Positions 17,748-26,936 of a DNA stretch of 41,924 nt are shown here, in pieces. Source of the stretch: an uncultured bacterium (GTDB taxonomy: Bacteria > Ratteibacteria > UBA8468 > B48-G9 > JAFGKM01); NCBI GenBank assembly GCA_964502135.1, contig CAZCUO010000027.1, forward strand, positions 1-41,924, given 5' to 3'. Position 1 is the first letter of the stretch. Every line of letters begins with the position of its first letter. The notes beneath the pieces were generated by a model that searched no databases, was not told the DNA's origin, and was given only the letters and a program-made list of their open reading frames with translations. The translations under genes and the position numbers were made by a program.

Positions 17748-18309
17748 AATAAGATGGCATGGAAGAGGAGGACAAGGAGCAAAAACTGCAGCATTATTAT
17801 TTGGGGATGCATGTCTTTCAACAGGTAAATATATTCAGGCATTTCCTGAATATGGTCCTGAAAGGATGGGAGCACCTGTTGTTTCTTTTAATAGAATAAG
17901 TTCATCTCCAATAAGAATACATTCTGGAATTGAAAATCCTGATGTTGTTGTCGTTCTTGATTTTACTTTAATTGAACAGGTTAATGTCTGTGATGGACTT
18001 GATCCAGAAAATGGAATATTACTTATAAATACTCCTTTATCACCTTTTGAAATTAAAAATAAAATTGGTTTTTCCGGTAAAGTATATACAGTTGATGCAT
18101 CAAAAATTGCAATTGAAACTATTGGAAGAAACATACCAAATACTCCTATGATGGGCGCACTTATAAAGGTTACAGGAATACTTACACTTGAAGAACTTTT
18201 AAAAGATACAGAAAAAAAGTTAAAAATTAAATTCAGAAATAGACCTGAAATTATAGAAGGAAATCTTAAAGCAATAGAAAGAGCATATAATGAAGTGAAA
18301 GGAGAATAA
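17731..18309 (+). CDS. porG: 2-oxoacid (pyruvate-type):ferredoxin oxidoreductase, gamma subunit
   Basis: IRWHGRGGQGAKTAA is the gamma-subunit signature. Operon order is gamma-delta-alpha-beta. Confidence 0.9.
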   Translation: MKEMFEIRWHGRGGQGAKTAALLFGDACLSTGKYIQAFPEYGPERMGAPVVSFNRISSSPIRIHSGIENPDVVVVLDFTLIEQVNVCDGLDPENGILLINTPLSPFEIKNKIGFSGKVYTVDASKIAIETIGRNIPNTPMMGALIKVTGILTLEELLKDTEKKLKIKFRNRPEIIEGNLKAIERAYNEVKGE

Positions 18310-18310
18310 A

Positions 18311-18586
18311 ATGGAAAAAAAATTAAGTTGGAAAGAATTACCAAAAGGAGATATTCTGGAGGGGGGAACTTCATTAAAATTTAAAACTGGAAACTGGAAA
18401 AGTAAAATGCCTGTTCATATTCCTGAAAAATGTATAAATTGTTTGATGTGCTGGATAAGTTGCCCTGATGATGCAGTAATAATTGATAAGGAAAAGGGTA
18501 AATTTATATCTTTCAATTATGATTATTGCAAAGGTTGTGGAATATGTGCTTATGAATGTCCAAAAGATGCAATTGAAATGAAATAG
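18311..18586 (+). CDS. porD: 2-oxoacid:ferredoxin oxidoreductase, delta subunit (2x[4Fe-4S] ferredoxin)
   Basis: CINCLMCWISCP and CKGCGICAYECP cluster motifs, 91 aa. Confidence 0.9.
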   Translation: MEKKLSWKELPKGDILEGGTSLKFKTGNWKSKMPVHIPEKCINCLMCWISCPDDAVIIDKEKGKFISFNYDYCKGCGICAYECPKDAIEMK

Positions 18587-18592
18587 GGAAAA

Positions 18593-18853
18593 ATGAAAAG
18601 AAAAATTTATTTGATCGCAATTCTATTTTTGTCCGGCTGGATTTTTTCAGGAATTCAATATATTATCTTTAAAAATGAAAAGAAAAAAATGGAGGAAGAA
18701 ATTATTAAGAAAGAGAAAGAAGTGATGAGATATAAAAATTTAGTTGAAGAAGTAGAAAAAGCAAAAAATAAAATTGATAATATTATAGATACTCTTAACA
18801 ATTTAAAAATAAATCTTGAAACCCTTGAAAAAGAAGTAAAAAAAGGAGAATAA
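18593..18853 (+). CDS. small bitopic membrane protein with coiled-coil tail, inserted between porD and porA
   Basis: One TM helix (IYLIAILFLSGWIFSGIQYIIF) followed by a Lys/Glu-rich heptad-like region. Lies 6 nt after the porD stop and 1 nt before the porA start. Confidence 0.55.
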   Translation: MKRKIYLIAILFLSGWIFSGIQYIIFKNEKKKMEEEIIKKEKEVMRYKNLVEEVEKAKNKIDNIIDTLNNLKINLETLEKEVKKGE

Positions 18854-18854
18854 A

Positions 18855-20045
18855 ATGGGAATAAAAGTGGCAAAAACAGCGAATGAAGCATTCGCAGAAG
18901 GAATGAGACAGATAAATCCAGATGTTGTTGCTGCATATCCAATAACACCTGCAACTGAAATAGTTCAAATCTTTGCTCAATTTGTTGCTGATGGACTTGT
19001 CAAAACAGAATATATTCCAGTTGAAAGTGAACATTCAGCAATGAGCGCTTGTATAGGTGCAAGTAGTGCTGGTGCAAGAGTAATGACTGGAACTTCTTCT
19101 CAGGGACTTGCTTATATGTGGGAAATGTTATATATTGCCTCAGGTCTTCGCCTACCAATTATAATGGCAGTTGTAAATAGAGCACTTTCTTCACCTATAA
19201 ATATTCACTGCGACCATTCAGATACATTTGGAGCAAGAGATTGTGGATGGATACAGATATATTCTGAAAATGTTCAGGAAACATATGATAATTTGATTCA
19301 GGCAGTTAGAATTGCTGAACACCCTGATGTTTTACTTCCATGTATGGTTATGACAGATGGTTTTATATTGAGCCATTGCCTTGAAACTCTTGAAATCTTA
19401 TCTGATGAGGAAGTTAAAGAATTTGTTGGAGATCCTCCTGAAAGAGAAAATTTAATAAAATCTGCAATAGAAAATAAACCAATAACTATAGGAGCACTTG
19501 ATTTACAAGATTATTATTTTGAACATAAAAGACAACAGGCAGAGGCAATGAGATGTGCACTTAAGGTTATACCAGAAATTGGAAAAGAATTTGGTGATAA
19601 ATTTGGAAGGTATTATGGTTTTGTTGAAAACTATAAATTGGATGATGCGGATATTGGAATTGTTGTAATTGGTTCAACAGCAGGAACATGTAAAGAAGTT
19701 GTTGATAGATTGAGGAAAAAAGGTATTAAAGCAGGACTTTTAAAAATAAGAGTTTATAGACCCTTTCCTTCCGAAGATATAAGAAATTTATTAAAGAATT
19801 TAAATGTAATTGGAATAATGGAAAGAGTCGAAGGAATGAGTGGATTTGTAAGTCCTTTATATTCAGAAATATCTGCATGTCTGTATGATTTAGAAAAAAG
19901 ACCTATTTTAACTAATTTTGTATATGGACTTGGTGGAAGAGATGTAAAAATTGAGGATATTGAAGAAGTTTTTGGTTATCTCTTAAAAATTTATGAGACC
20001 GGCAGAAAAGAATTTACTTTAAAATATATAGGAGTAAGAGAATAA
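18855..20045 (+). CDS. porA: 2-oxoacid:ferredoxin oxidoreductase, alpha subunit
   Basis: AYPITPATEIV, ESEHSAMSACIGAS.AGAR, and TSSQGL blocks typical of POR/VOR alpha subunits. Confidence 0.92.
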   Translation: MGIKVAKTANEAFAEGMRQINPDVVAAYPITPATEIVQIFAQFVADGLVKTEYIPVESEHSAMSACIGASSAGARVMTGTSSQGLAYMWEMLYIASGLRLPIIMAVVNRALSSPINIHCDHSDTFGARDCGWIQIYSENVQETYDNLIQAVRIAEHPDVLLPCMVMTDGFILSHCLETLEILSDEEVKEFVGDPPERENLIKSAIENKPITIGALDLQDYYFEHKRQQAEAMRCALKVIPEIGKEFGDKFGRYYGFVENYKLDDADIGIVVIGSTAGTCKEVVDRLRKKGIKAGLLKIRVYRPFPSEDIRNLLKNLNVIGIMERVEGMSGFVSPLYSEISACLYDLEKRPILTNFVYGLGGRDVKIEDIEEVFGYLLKIYETGRKEFTLKYIGVRE

Positions 20046-20062
20046 AAACATAGGAGGAGAAA

Positions 20063-20983
20063 ATGGCAAGTATAAAGGAACTAGCAAAAAGAGACAGTAG
20101 ATTTGTTTCTGGTCATAGATTATGTGCTGGATGTGGAGCAGGAATTATTATGCGACTTGTTCTACTTGCAATTGATAAACCAGTAGTAGCAACATGTTCA
20201 ACTGGCTGTGTGGAAGTTGCATCAACAATATTTCCTTATTCATCATGGAAAATTCCATGGATACATTCTGCATTTGAAAACGCTGCAGCAACTATAAGTG
20301 GAATAGAGGCAGCATACAAAGTATTTAAGAGAAATGGGAAAATTGATAAAGATATTGTTTTTGTTGCTTTTGGAGGCGATGGAGGAACATATGATATTGG
20401 ACTTCAAGCATTAAGTGGTGCAGCAGAAAGGGGTCATAATGTTTTATATATCTGTTATAATAACGAGGCCTATATGAATACTGGGATCCAACGCTCAGGA
20501 GCAACTCCTAAATATGCCTACACAACAACATCTCCAGTAGGTAAGGTTATTCCAGGAAAATTGCAATGGAAAAAAAATCTTCCAGAAATTATGGTCGCTC
20601 ATGGAATACCATATGTAGCAACAACAATCCCGGGTAGATGGAATGATCTTGTAAGTAAAGTGGAAAAGGCAATAAAAATTGATGGTTTTAAATTCATAGA
20701 TGTTTTATCACCCTGCCGTCTTGGCTGGCCTCATGAACCAGAGTTAACAATGGAAATATCTAGAATTGCTGTTGAAACATGTATTTGGCCTTTATATGAA
20801 GTAATTGAAGGAAAATACAGATTAACATACAAACCAAAAGAGAAAAAACCAGTAAGTGAATGGTTTAAACTTCAGGGTAGATTCAGACATTTGCTTTTAC
20901 CTGAAAATGCCCTTCTTCTTGAAGAAATACAAAAAGAAGTTGATAGAAGATGGGAAGAATTATTAAAGAAATGTGAAATCTAA
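20063..20983 (+). CDS. porB: 2-oxoacid:ferredoxin oxidoreductase, beta subunit (TPP-binding)
   Basis: CAGCG, GGDGGTYDIGLQAL...NNEAYMNTG TPP-binding motif. Confidence 0.92.
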   Translation: MASIKELAKRDSRFVSGHRLCAGCGAGIIMRLVLLAIDKPVVATCSTGCVEVASTIFPYSSWKIPWIHSAFENAAATISGIEAAYKVFKRNGKIDKDIVFVAFGGDGGTYDIGLQALSGAAERGHNVLYICYNNEAYMNTGIQRSGATPKYAYTTTSPVGKVIPGKLQWKKNLPEIMVAHGIPYVATTIPGRWNDLVSKVEKAIKIDGFKFIDVLSPCRLGWPHEPELTMEISRIAVETCIWPLYEVIEGKYRLTYKPKEKKPVSEWFKLQGRFRHLLLPENALLLEEIQKEVDRRWEELLKKCEI

Positions 20984-20984
20984 T

Positions 20985-23024
20985 TTATTTAAAAAGATTT
21001 AAAAAATTTGAAAATTTCAAAATAGGAATAAGAAGAAGTATATTATAGATTCCAAAACCTGGAATGAAAAAAAGGGGAAGGAAAAGTGAAGAAAAAAGTG
21101 CACCCATTAAATCAATAGAATAAAGTTTTCCTGTAATATCAATAAGATTTTCTTTTTTAAATAAAAATGATATTATACCAAATTCCCAACCAGTTAAAAA
21201 TCCTGAAACAAAAATAAGAATAAGGGGAAATTTATTATTAATAAGAGAAAAATAAGCGGAAAGATAAAAAATAAAATGAAAAATTTCTGAATAAATAAGT
21301 ATTTTTCGTGTATGGTTTTTAAAAGATGATAATAAACTTCCAAGAGAAATTCCAGCCATAAAAATTCCAATTATTTTACTTATACATCCATATATAAAAC
21401 CATAATTTATCTGAAAAAGAAAAAGAAAAATTGTTTCAAAAGTTAAACATGAAAAACCATTTGTAAATATAATTGATTTATCTGAAGGAGGGAAAAAAAG
21501 GACAAAAAATAAAATTAAAAAAATAAAAAGGGTAAATCTTTTTATTTTGAAAATTTTTAAAAATAAACCATTCAAAATTTCACCTGCTTTTTGAGATGTT
21601 TGGGAAAAATAATATGAGATAGATGAATATAAACAGAATTGAGTTGAAATATTATTTTTTTCCGCAGTCTCATTTAAAATTCTCTCAATATAACTATTCC
21701 TTTTATTCTTATCAAGTGTAAATTTTAAATAATCTTCGTTAAAAAATTCTTTGTCAATAATAATCTCTTTATTTAAAATCAATTTTTCATTTGAAAAAAT
21801 AAACATCATTGGATATGTAAAAACAATAACATCATTTTTGAAATATTTTTTGCCTGTCATATATATAGAGGAATGTATCTGTGCTAACTGTTTACCTATA
21901 TAATCATAACTTCCTGGTAAAACAATAATAAGGTTTTTGATAAATTTTGATATTTTTTTAAAAAATTCCTCAGTTAAAATATAGTTTTCCTTTAAACTCA
22001 TTGGAAGAGAATCTGTTATTATAAAAGCATCAAAATTAATTTTATTTTCATCAAAGAATTTACCTACATCCTCATTAACAAAAATAATGTTTTTATATGG
22101 CTTTCGCATAAAATAATTTTCAATAATTTTTTGTTTTGTTTTATCAATTTCAAAGTAATATATCCTCCCAATTCTATATTTTTCCATTTCTTCTACTATT
22201 TCCCAATTTCCATATACACCAATATTTTCTGTTTTTTGACAATAACATAAAGAAAAAAAAGAAATATTTTTTAATGAGAAATAATCTGGTTGGATTGAAA
22301 ATTCTTGAAAACCATTGGTAATGAGAATATATTGATTTTCTCTTTTTAAAATAATAAATTTGTTGTAAATTGTTTCTTTAGTTTCAAGCAATTGGTAATC
22401 TCTATATTTCAATGAGTTTGTTTTAAAATCAATTTTTTTTGAAAATGGTAAAATTAAAAAAAGAATTAAAAAAATGAATAAAAAAAGTTTTGTTCTTTTG
22501 AAATAAAAGACCGTTAAAAAATTAATTATTGAAGATATAAATATAAGAGAAAAGATATCTAACTCAAAATTTAAAAATAGATAAAAAAGGAAACCACCTA
22601 TTAAAAACCCAGTCCCTTCAAATCCATATATCTTACCAGAATTTTTTTCCTTTTGGTAAAGAAATGAAAGAAGAATTATTCTTACTCCTTCAAAAAAGCC
22701 AGTTAAGGTAGAAATTAAAAAAGAAATGCTAAAAAATCTTAAATTTGAAATATAGTATTTTTGGATATTTGAAAAAATTCTTAAAAAAATTAAAGAAGTG
22801 ATTAGAAATAATATTTCTAAAACTGTAAAAATGACATAATTTTTTGAATAATTTTTAAAATTTCTTGAAATGTAACTTCCTATTGCTCCACCAAAAAGCC
22901 AAAAAGTTATAACAAGATTAAATGATAATTCATTCCCAAAAAAATTTGAAAATACCTCTCTTAAAATAATAGACTGTATAAAAATACCATTTATTCCTTT
23001 TAGAATAAAAATATATGGAACCAT
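20985..23024 (-). CDS. multi-pass membrane protein with central spermidine-synthase-like domain (degenerate SAM-type loop)
   Basis: Hydrophobic N-terminal (about 1-200) and C-terminal (about 495-679) modules. The core has ILITNGFQ, YYFEIDKTKQKIIENYF and FDAFIITDSLPMS...ILTEEFFKKI, echoing aminopropyltransferase blocks. YGNWE replaces GGGDG. Confidence 0.6.
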   Translation of the reverse strand: MVPYIFILKGINGIFIQSIILREVFSNFFGNELSFNLVITFWLFGGAIGSYISRNFKNYSKNYVIFTVLEILFLITSLIFLRIFSNIQKYYISNLRFFSISFLISTLTGFFEGVRIILLSFLYQKEKNSGKIYGFEGTGFLIGGFLFYLFLNFELDIFSLIFISSIINFLTVFYFKRTKLFLFIFLILFLILPFSKKIDFKTNSLKYRDYQLLETKETIYNKFIILKRENQYILITNGFQEFSIQPDYFSLKNISFFSLCYCQKTENIGVYGNWEIVEEMEKYRIGRIYYFEIDKTKQKIIENYFMRKPYKNIIFVNEDVGKFFDENKINFDAFIITDSLPMSLKENYILTEEFFKKISKFIKNLIIVLPGSYDYIGKQLAQIHSSIYMTGKKYFKNDVIVFTYPMMFIFSNEKLILNKEIIIDKEFFNEDYLKFTLDKNKRNSYIERILNETAEKNNISTQFCLYSSISYYFSQTSQKAGEILNGLFLKIFKIKRFTLFIFLILFFVLFFPPSDKSIIFTNGFSCLTFETIFLFLFQINYGFIYGCISKIIGIFMAGISLGSLLSSFKNHTRKILIYSEIFHFIFYLSAYFSLINNKFPLILIFVSGFLTGWEFGIISFLFKKENLIDITGKLYSIDLMGALFSSLFLPLFFIPGFGIYNILLLIPILKFSNFLNLFK

Positions 23025-23068
23025 TTTATCAAAATTATTATATTTTTTAAAATCACCAATTTCAAAAT

Positions 23069-23097
23069 TTGTAAAAATTCAAAATCTTCTTTATAAT
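23069..23097 (+). promoter_or_regulatory. sigma70-like promoter for the 23119-27972 operon
   Basis: TTGTAA (23069-23074), 17 nt spacer, TATAAT (23092-23097), 21 nt before the ATG at 23119. Confidence 0.45.
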
Positions 23098-23118
23098 ATT
23101 TTATTAAAAGGGTAAAAT

Positions 23119-23334
23119 ATGGTTAATGATGAAATTTTTGAAGTAATTTATTATAAATCAGATGATGCTGAAGGTGATTATCTTGGAAAAATGACAGGTG
23201 AAGAGATTTTAGAAAGTTTTCCTGAAGTCACGGAAGAAGACCTTGAAAGAATAATTGAGGATGGAGAAGGAAGCATCATTTTAAATATTATTGCTGGTGA
23301 CTTACTTTATCTATATTATGTTGGAAAAGATTGA
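23119..23334 (+). CDS. small highly acidic hypothetical protein
   Basis: 71-aa ORF rich in Asp/Glu (DDAEGDY, EVTEEDLERIIEDGEG). No recognisable family. First gene of the operon. Confidence 0.5.
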   Translation: MVNDEIFEVIYYKSDDAEGDYLGKMTGEEILESFPEVTEEDLERIIEDGEGSIILNIIAGDLLYLYYVGKD

Positions 23335-23355
23335 GTAAATGGTTCTAATTTAAAA

Positions 23356-25515
23356 ATGAGGAAGGAAGATATTAAACTTGAAACAGAAGCGGACTTAGAT
23401 TTGTTTGGCCATCCTGCAAAAATAAAAATTTTAGTAACTTCTGAAAAATTACATGTTATTCCTGAAAAGGGTTTTCAAGAAAAGGTATCTTTTGATTTAA
23501 AAAGAATAGAAGGATTTAATTTAAGGCAGACAGTTGGAAGTGCTTTTCTTCAAATTAAAATTGGTGGATATTATGTAGATATTGTTAGATTTACAAATTC
23601 AAATAGATATAAATTTTCCCGTTTAATTGCACAATTGAATAATCTAAAAAATGGCCTTCCTGTTTCAAATGAAATTTTAAATAAACCACATCCTCTTTTA
23701 TGTGAAAAATGTGGTTTTCCATTACAGTCAGAAGAATCACAGTGTCCAAATTGCTTAAAAAAAGGAGCAATTCTTAAAAGAGTTTATTCTTTAATTTCAG
23801 AACATGTTGGATGGATTTTTGTAATATTTTTCCTTATGATTATAGGTGTGGGATTAAGTTTGGTTCCCCCAAGGATAACAAAAATACTTGTTGATGAAGT
23901 TTTAACTACAAAAAGGCATGTTGACTGGCTTCCATATCTTGTTATAATTTTGATTTGTGCCGAATTTTTAAGGGCACAAATAAATATGCTTGTTGGAACT
24001 ATTTCTACTTCAGTTGGAACATTAATAACAAATAGTTTAAGAAAAAAATTATTTAGGAAATTAGAAGAACTTTCTTTAAACTATTATGATATAAATTCAG
24101 TTGGAACAATTATGACAAGATTTTCATCAGATGTTGAAGCATTTCATGGTTTTGTTACACAAGCAGGACAAGGATTTTTGCTTAATATTTTTATGATAAT
24201 AGGAATTGGAATAATGCTTTTTTCAATAAACTGGATACTTGCCATATATGTTATGATACCTATACCATTTGTACTTATAGGAACTTTAATATTTTGGAGA
24301 AGTGTTTATCCTAAATACTTTAAGGTATGGGATAGTCAAGCAAAACTCTCAACTTTTTTAAATAATGTCCTTTCTGGAATAAAAACAGTAAAAGCATTCT
24401 CACAGGAAGAAAAAGAATTTAAAAGATTTTCTTTTTATGCGGATAAATTAAAAGATAGTGTGAGAGTGGTAAATTTAAATTTATCTGTTTTTAACCCATT
24501 AATGGCTTTCATTTTCAGTTTAGGTGGTTTAATTGTATGGTATATTGGTGGCAAAAATGTTCTTGAAGGGAAACTTACTCTTGGAGAACTTATGGCTTTT
24601 TTAAGTTATATAGGGATGTTTTATACTCCTTTGACAAACCTTGCACTTTTATCAACATGGATGAGTAATTTTACTTCAGCCAGTCATAGAATTTTTGAAA
24701 TCCTTGATACAGAACCACAGGTGAAAGAACCAAAAGTATATGTAAAATTACCAAAAATAAAAGGAAATATAGAATTTAAAAATGTAACATTTGGATATGA
24801 CCCTTATCAACCTGTTATAAAGGATGTAAGTCTCAAAATAGAAGCAGGACAGGTCGTTGGAATTGTTGGTAAAAGTGGTAGTGGTAAAACAACTCTTGTA
24901 AATCTTCTGTGTAAATTTTATGAACCACAAAAAGGAGAAATTTTAATAGATGGGATTAATATAAAAGATATTCCTTCTTATGAATTGAGAAAACATATTG
25001 GTCTTGTTTTACAGGAGCCATTCTTATTTAGAGGAACCATTGCAGAAAATATATCATATGGAAAACCAGATGCAGAAATAGAAGAAATAATAAAAGCAGC
25101 AAAAATTGCAAATGCTCATGAATTTATTATGAAAATGCCAAATGGTTATGATACTCTTCTTGGAGAAAGAGGGGCTGGTCTATCAGGAGGAGAAAAACAA
25201 AGAATAACAATAGCAAGGGCTGTCTTATGTAATCCATCTATTTTAATACTTGATGAAGCAACCTCTTCTGTTGATACAGAATCAGAGAAAAAAATTCAAG
25301 ATGCTTTACAAACTTTATGGGCTGGAAGAACAACAATAATTATTGCACATAGATTATCAACTTTGAAAGATGTAGATAAAATTTTTGTAATTGATAATGG
25401 AAGAATTGTTGAATCTGGTTCTCATAAGGAATTGATGGAAAAAAGAGGTATTTATTATAACCTTATAATGATGCAATCACAACTTGCAAGTGTTGAAGAG
25501 GTGTTAATAAAATGA
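23356..25515 (+). CDS. ABC exporter (fused TMD-NBD, MsbA/type IV fold) with N-terminal extension of about 150 aa containing a zinc ribbon
   Basis: Six TM helices, Walker A GKSGSGKTT, Q-loop, signature LSGGEKQR, Walker B ILILDEATS, H-loop AHRL. The N-terminal extension ends in CEKCGFPLQSEESQCPNC. Confidence 0.92.
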   Translation: MRKEDIKLETEADLDLFGHPAKIKILVTSEKLHVIPEKGFQEKVSFDLKRIEGFNLRQTVGSAFLQIKIGGYYVDIVRFTNSNRYKFSRLIAQLNNLKNGLPVSNEILNKPHPLLCEKCGFPLQSEESQCPNCLKKGAILKRVYSLISEHVGWIFVIFFLMIIGVGLSLVPPRITKILVDEVLTTKRHVDWLPYLVIILICAEFLRAQINMLVGTISTSVGTLITNSLRKKLFRKLEELSLNYYDINSVGTIMTRFSSDVEAFHGFVTQAGQGFLLNIFMIIGIGIMLFSINWILAIYVMIPIPFVLIGTLIFWRSVYPKYFKVWDSQAKLSTFLNNVLSGIKTVKAFSQEEKEFKRFSFYADKLKDSVRVVNLNLSVFNPLMAFIFSLGGLIVWYIGGKNVLEGKLTLGELMAFLSYIGMFYTPLTNLALLSTWMSNFTSASHRIFEILDTEPQVKEPKVYVKLPKIKGNIEFKNVTFGYDPYQPVIKDVSLKIEAGQVVGIVGKSGSGKTTLVNLLCKFYEPQKGEILIDGINIKDIPSYELRKHIGLVLQEPFLFRGTIAENISYGKPDAEIEEIIKAAKIANAHEFIMKMPNGYDTLLGERGAGLSGGEKQRITIARAVLCNPSILILDEATSSVDTESEKKIQDALQTLWAGRTTIIIAHRLSTLKDVDKIFVIDNGRIVESGSHKELMEKRGIYYNLIMMQSQLASVEEVLIK

Positions 25516-26024
25516 ATAATAAAATTGAATATCTAACTCCAGAAAATACAAAAATTGAGGAAGGTGAATTTGATACTTTAAACGTTTTTTTAAAAAACGG
25601 AATGAGTTATAAAGGTGTTTTTGCTGTTTCATGTTTTCCTATTAAAGAACCAACTAAATTTATTTCATTATTTTATCAAACTCCGACAGGTGAAATTGAG
25701 GAGATAGGTATAATTAAGGATATCCTTGATTTTCCTGAAGATGAAAGAATTTTAATTCTTGAAATATTGAATAAACATTATTTTGGTTATATAATCAAAA
25801 AGATTATTGACATTAAGTGGAAATTTGGATTCCTTCTTTTTGATGTAGAAACTGATAAAGGGAAAAGACAATTTTATTTAAGGTGGCAGAGAAGTAGTGC
25901 TGTTGATTATAAAGAAAAGGGCAAGATTTTGATAGATGTTTTTGAGGATAGATATATAATCCCTAATATAGAAGAACTTACTCTTGTTGAAAGAAATATT
26001 TTTACAAAATATATTTACTGGTAA
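25512..26024 (+). CDS. DUF1854-like protein (family usually fused to or adjacent to ABC ATPases)
   Basis: 170 aa, ATGA overlap with the ABC gene. The overall pattern (FPI.EP..FISL....G.EIG.I.D...F.......L...L..HYF...I..I) recalls DUF1854. The assignment is from memory and needs an HMM check. Confidence 0.5.
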   Translation: MNNKIEYLTPENTKIEEGEFDTLNVFLKNGMSYKGVFAVSCFPIKEPTKFISLFYQTPTGEIEEIGIIKDILDFPEDERILILEILNKHYFGYIIKKIIDIKWKFGFLLFDVETDKGKRQFYLRWQRSSAVDYKEKGKILIDVFEDRYIIPNIEELTLVERNIFTKYIYW

Positions 26025-26036
26025 AAGGAAGGAAAA

Positions 26037-26936
26037 ATGAGAGTAGTTGCTATATCAATGGCTTATGAATATAGAAAAGCAGAAAAAATAGAGGATAACT
26101 TAAACTATATTGAAAATATCTTAAAAGAGGCAAAAAATATAAAACCTGATTTTGTTGCTTTACCAGAAGTTTTTGGATATGTAGGAATTGAACTCAAAAA
26201 AAGAAAAATTGAAGATTATGTAAAAATAAAAGATTTTTTAAAAGATATTGCAAAAAAAACAAATTGTTGGATATGTGGTTCAAGTTATGATATAGACAGG
26301 GGAAAAATTTATAATAGATGTTTTTTTGTAAATAGAAAGGGAGAAATTATTGGTAAATACGATAAAATTCACCCCACAGAAAGCGAATTAGAAAAAGGTG
26401 TATATCCTGGAGAAAAAAACCAAAGACCAGTAGAAACAGAATTTGGGAAAATTGGGGCTTTTATATGTTTTGATGCAAACTGGCATTATGATTTGAAATA
26501 TCAAATAGATAATGGAGCAAAATTACTTGTTTTTTCTTCTGCTTACCCTGCTGGAAAAATATTAAATGCAATCTCACTATTATATCAAACTTTTATAGTT
26601 GCAAGTATATGGTCATTAAAATCAGGTATAATTGACAATACTGGCAGATGGCTTAAAAAGACAGATAGATTTTCATACTGGGTTTGGGAAGATATAAATA
26701 TTGATAGAACTGTTTTTCACTGGGATTATCAAGGAGATAGAATAAAAAAGATAATTGAAAAATATGGGGATAAAGTAAAAATAGAAACGTTTGGTGATGA
26801 AGCAATTTTTACTATTGAAGTTTTTGATAAAAATTTATCAATTGAAAAAATAAAAAAAGAATTCAATCTTGTCACTTATGAAGAATATATAAAAAGAGCA
26901 ACAGAAAAACAAGATAGAAAAAGGGAAAATGACTAA
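26037..26936 (+). CDS. carbon-nitrogen hydrolase (nitrilase superfamily) with C-terminal extension
   Basis: Glu-Lys-Cys triad context: ALPEVFGY, YDKIHP, GAFICFDANW. An extra tail of about 80 aa follows. Confidence 0.8.
   Translation: MRVVAISMAYEYRKAEKIEDNLNYIENILKEAKNIKPDFVALPEVFGYVGIELKKRKIEDYVKIKDFLKDIAKKTNCWICGSSYDIDRGKIYNRCFFVNRKGEIIGKYDKIHPTESELEKGVYPGEKNQRPVETEFGKIGAFICFDANWHYDLKYQIDNGAKLLVFSSAYPAGKILNAISLLYQTFIVASIWSLKSGIIDNTGRWLKKTDRFSYWVWEDINIDRTVFHWDYQGDRIKKIIEKYGDKVKIETFGDEAIFTIEVFDKNLSIEKIKKEFNLVTYEEYIKRATEKQDRKREND

Noticed and set aside
17835-18374. Minus-strand 179-aa ORF opposite porG/porD. Similar shadow ORFs lie at 13550-14368 (opposite the CHASE2 gene), 7596-8111 (opposite the pseudopilin gene), 18655-19034 and 31042-31338.
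   Set aside because: All are embedded antisense in genes with strong family signatures, and their compositions are biased and repetitive.
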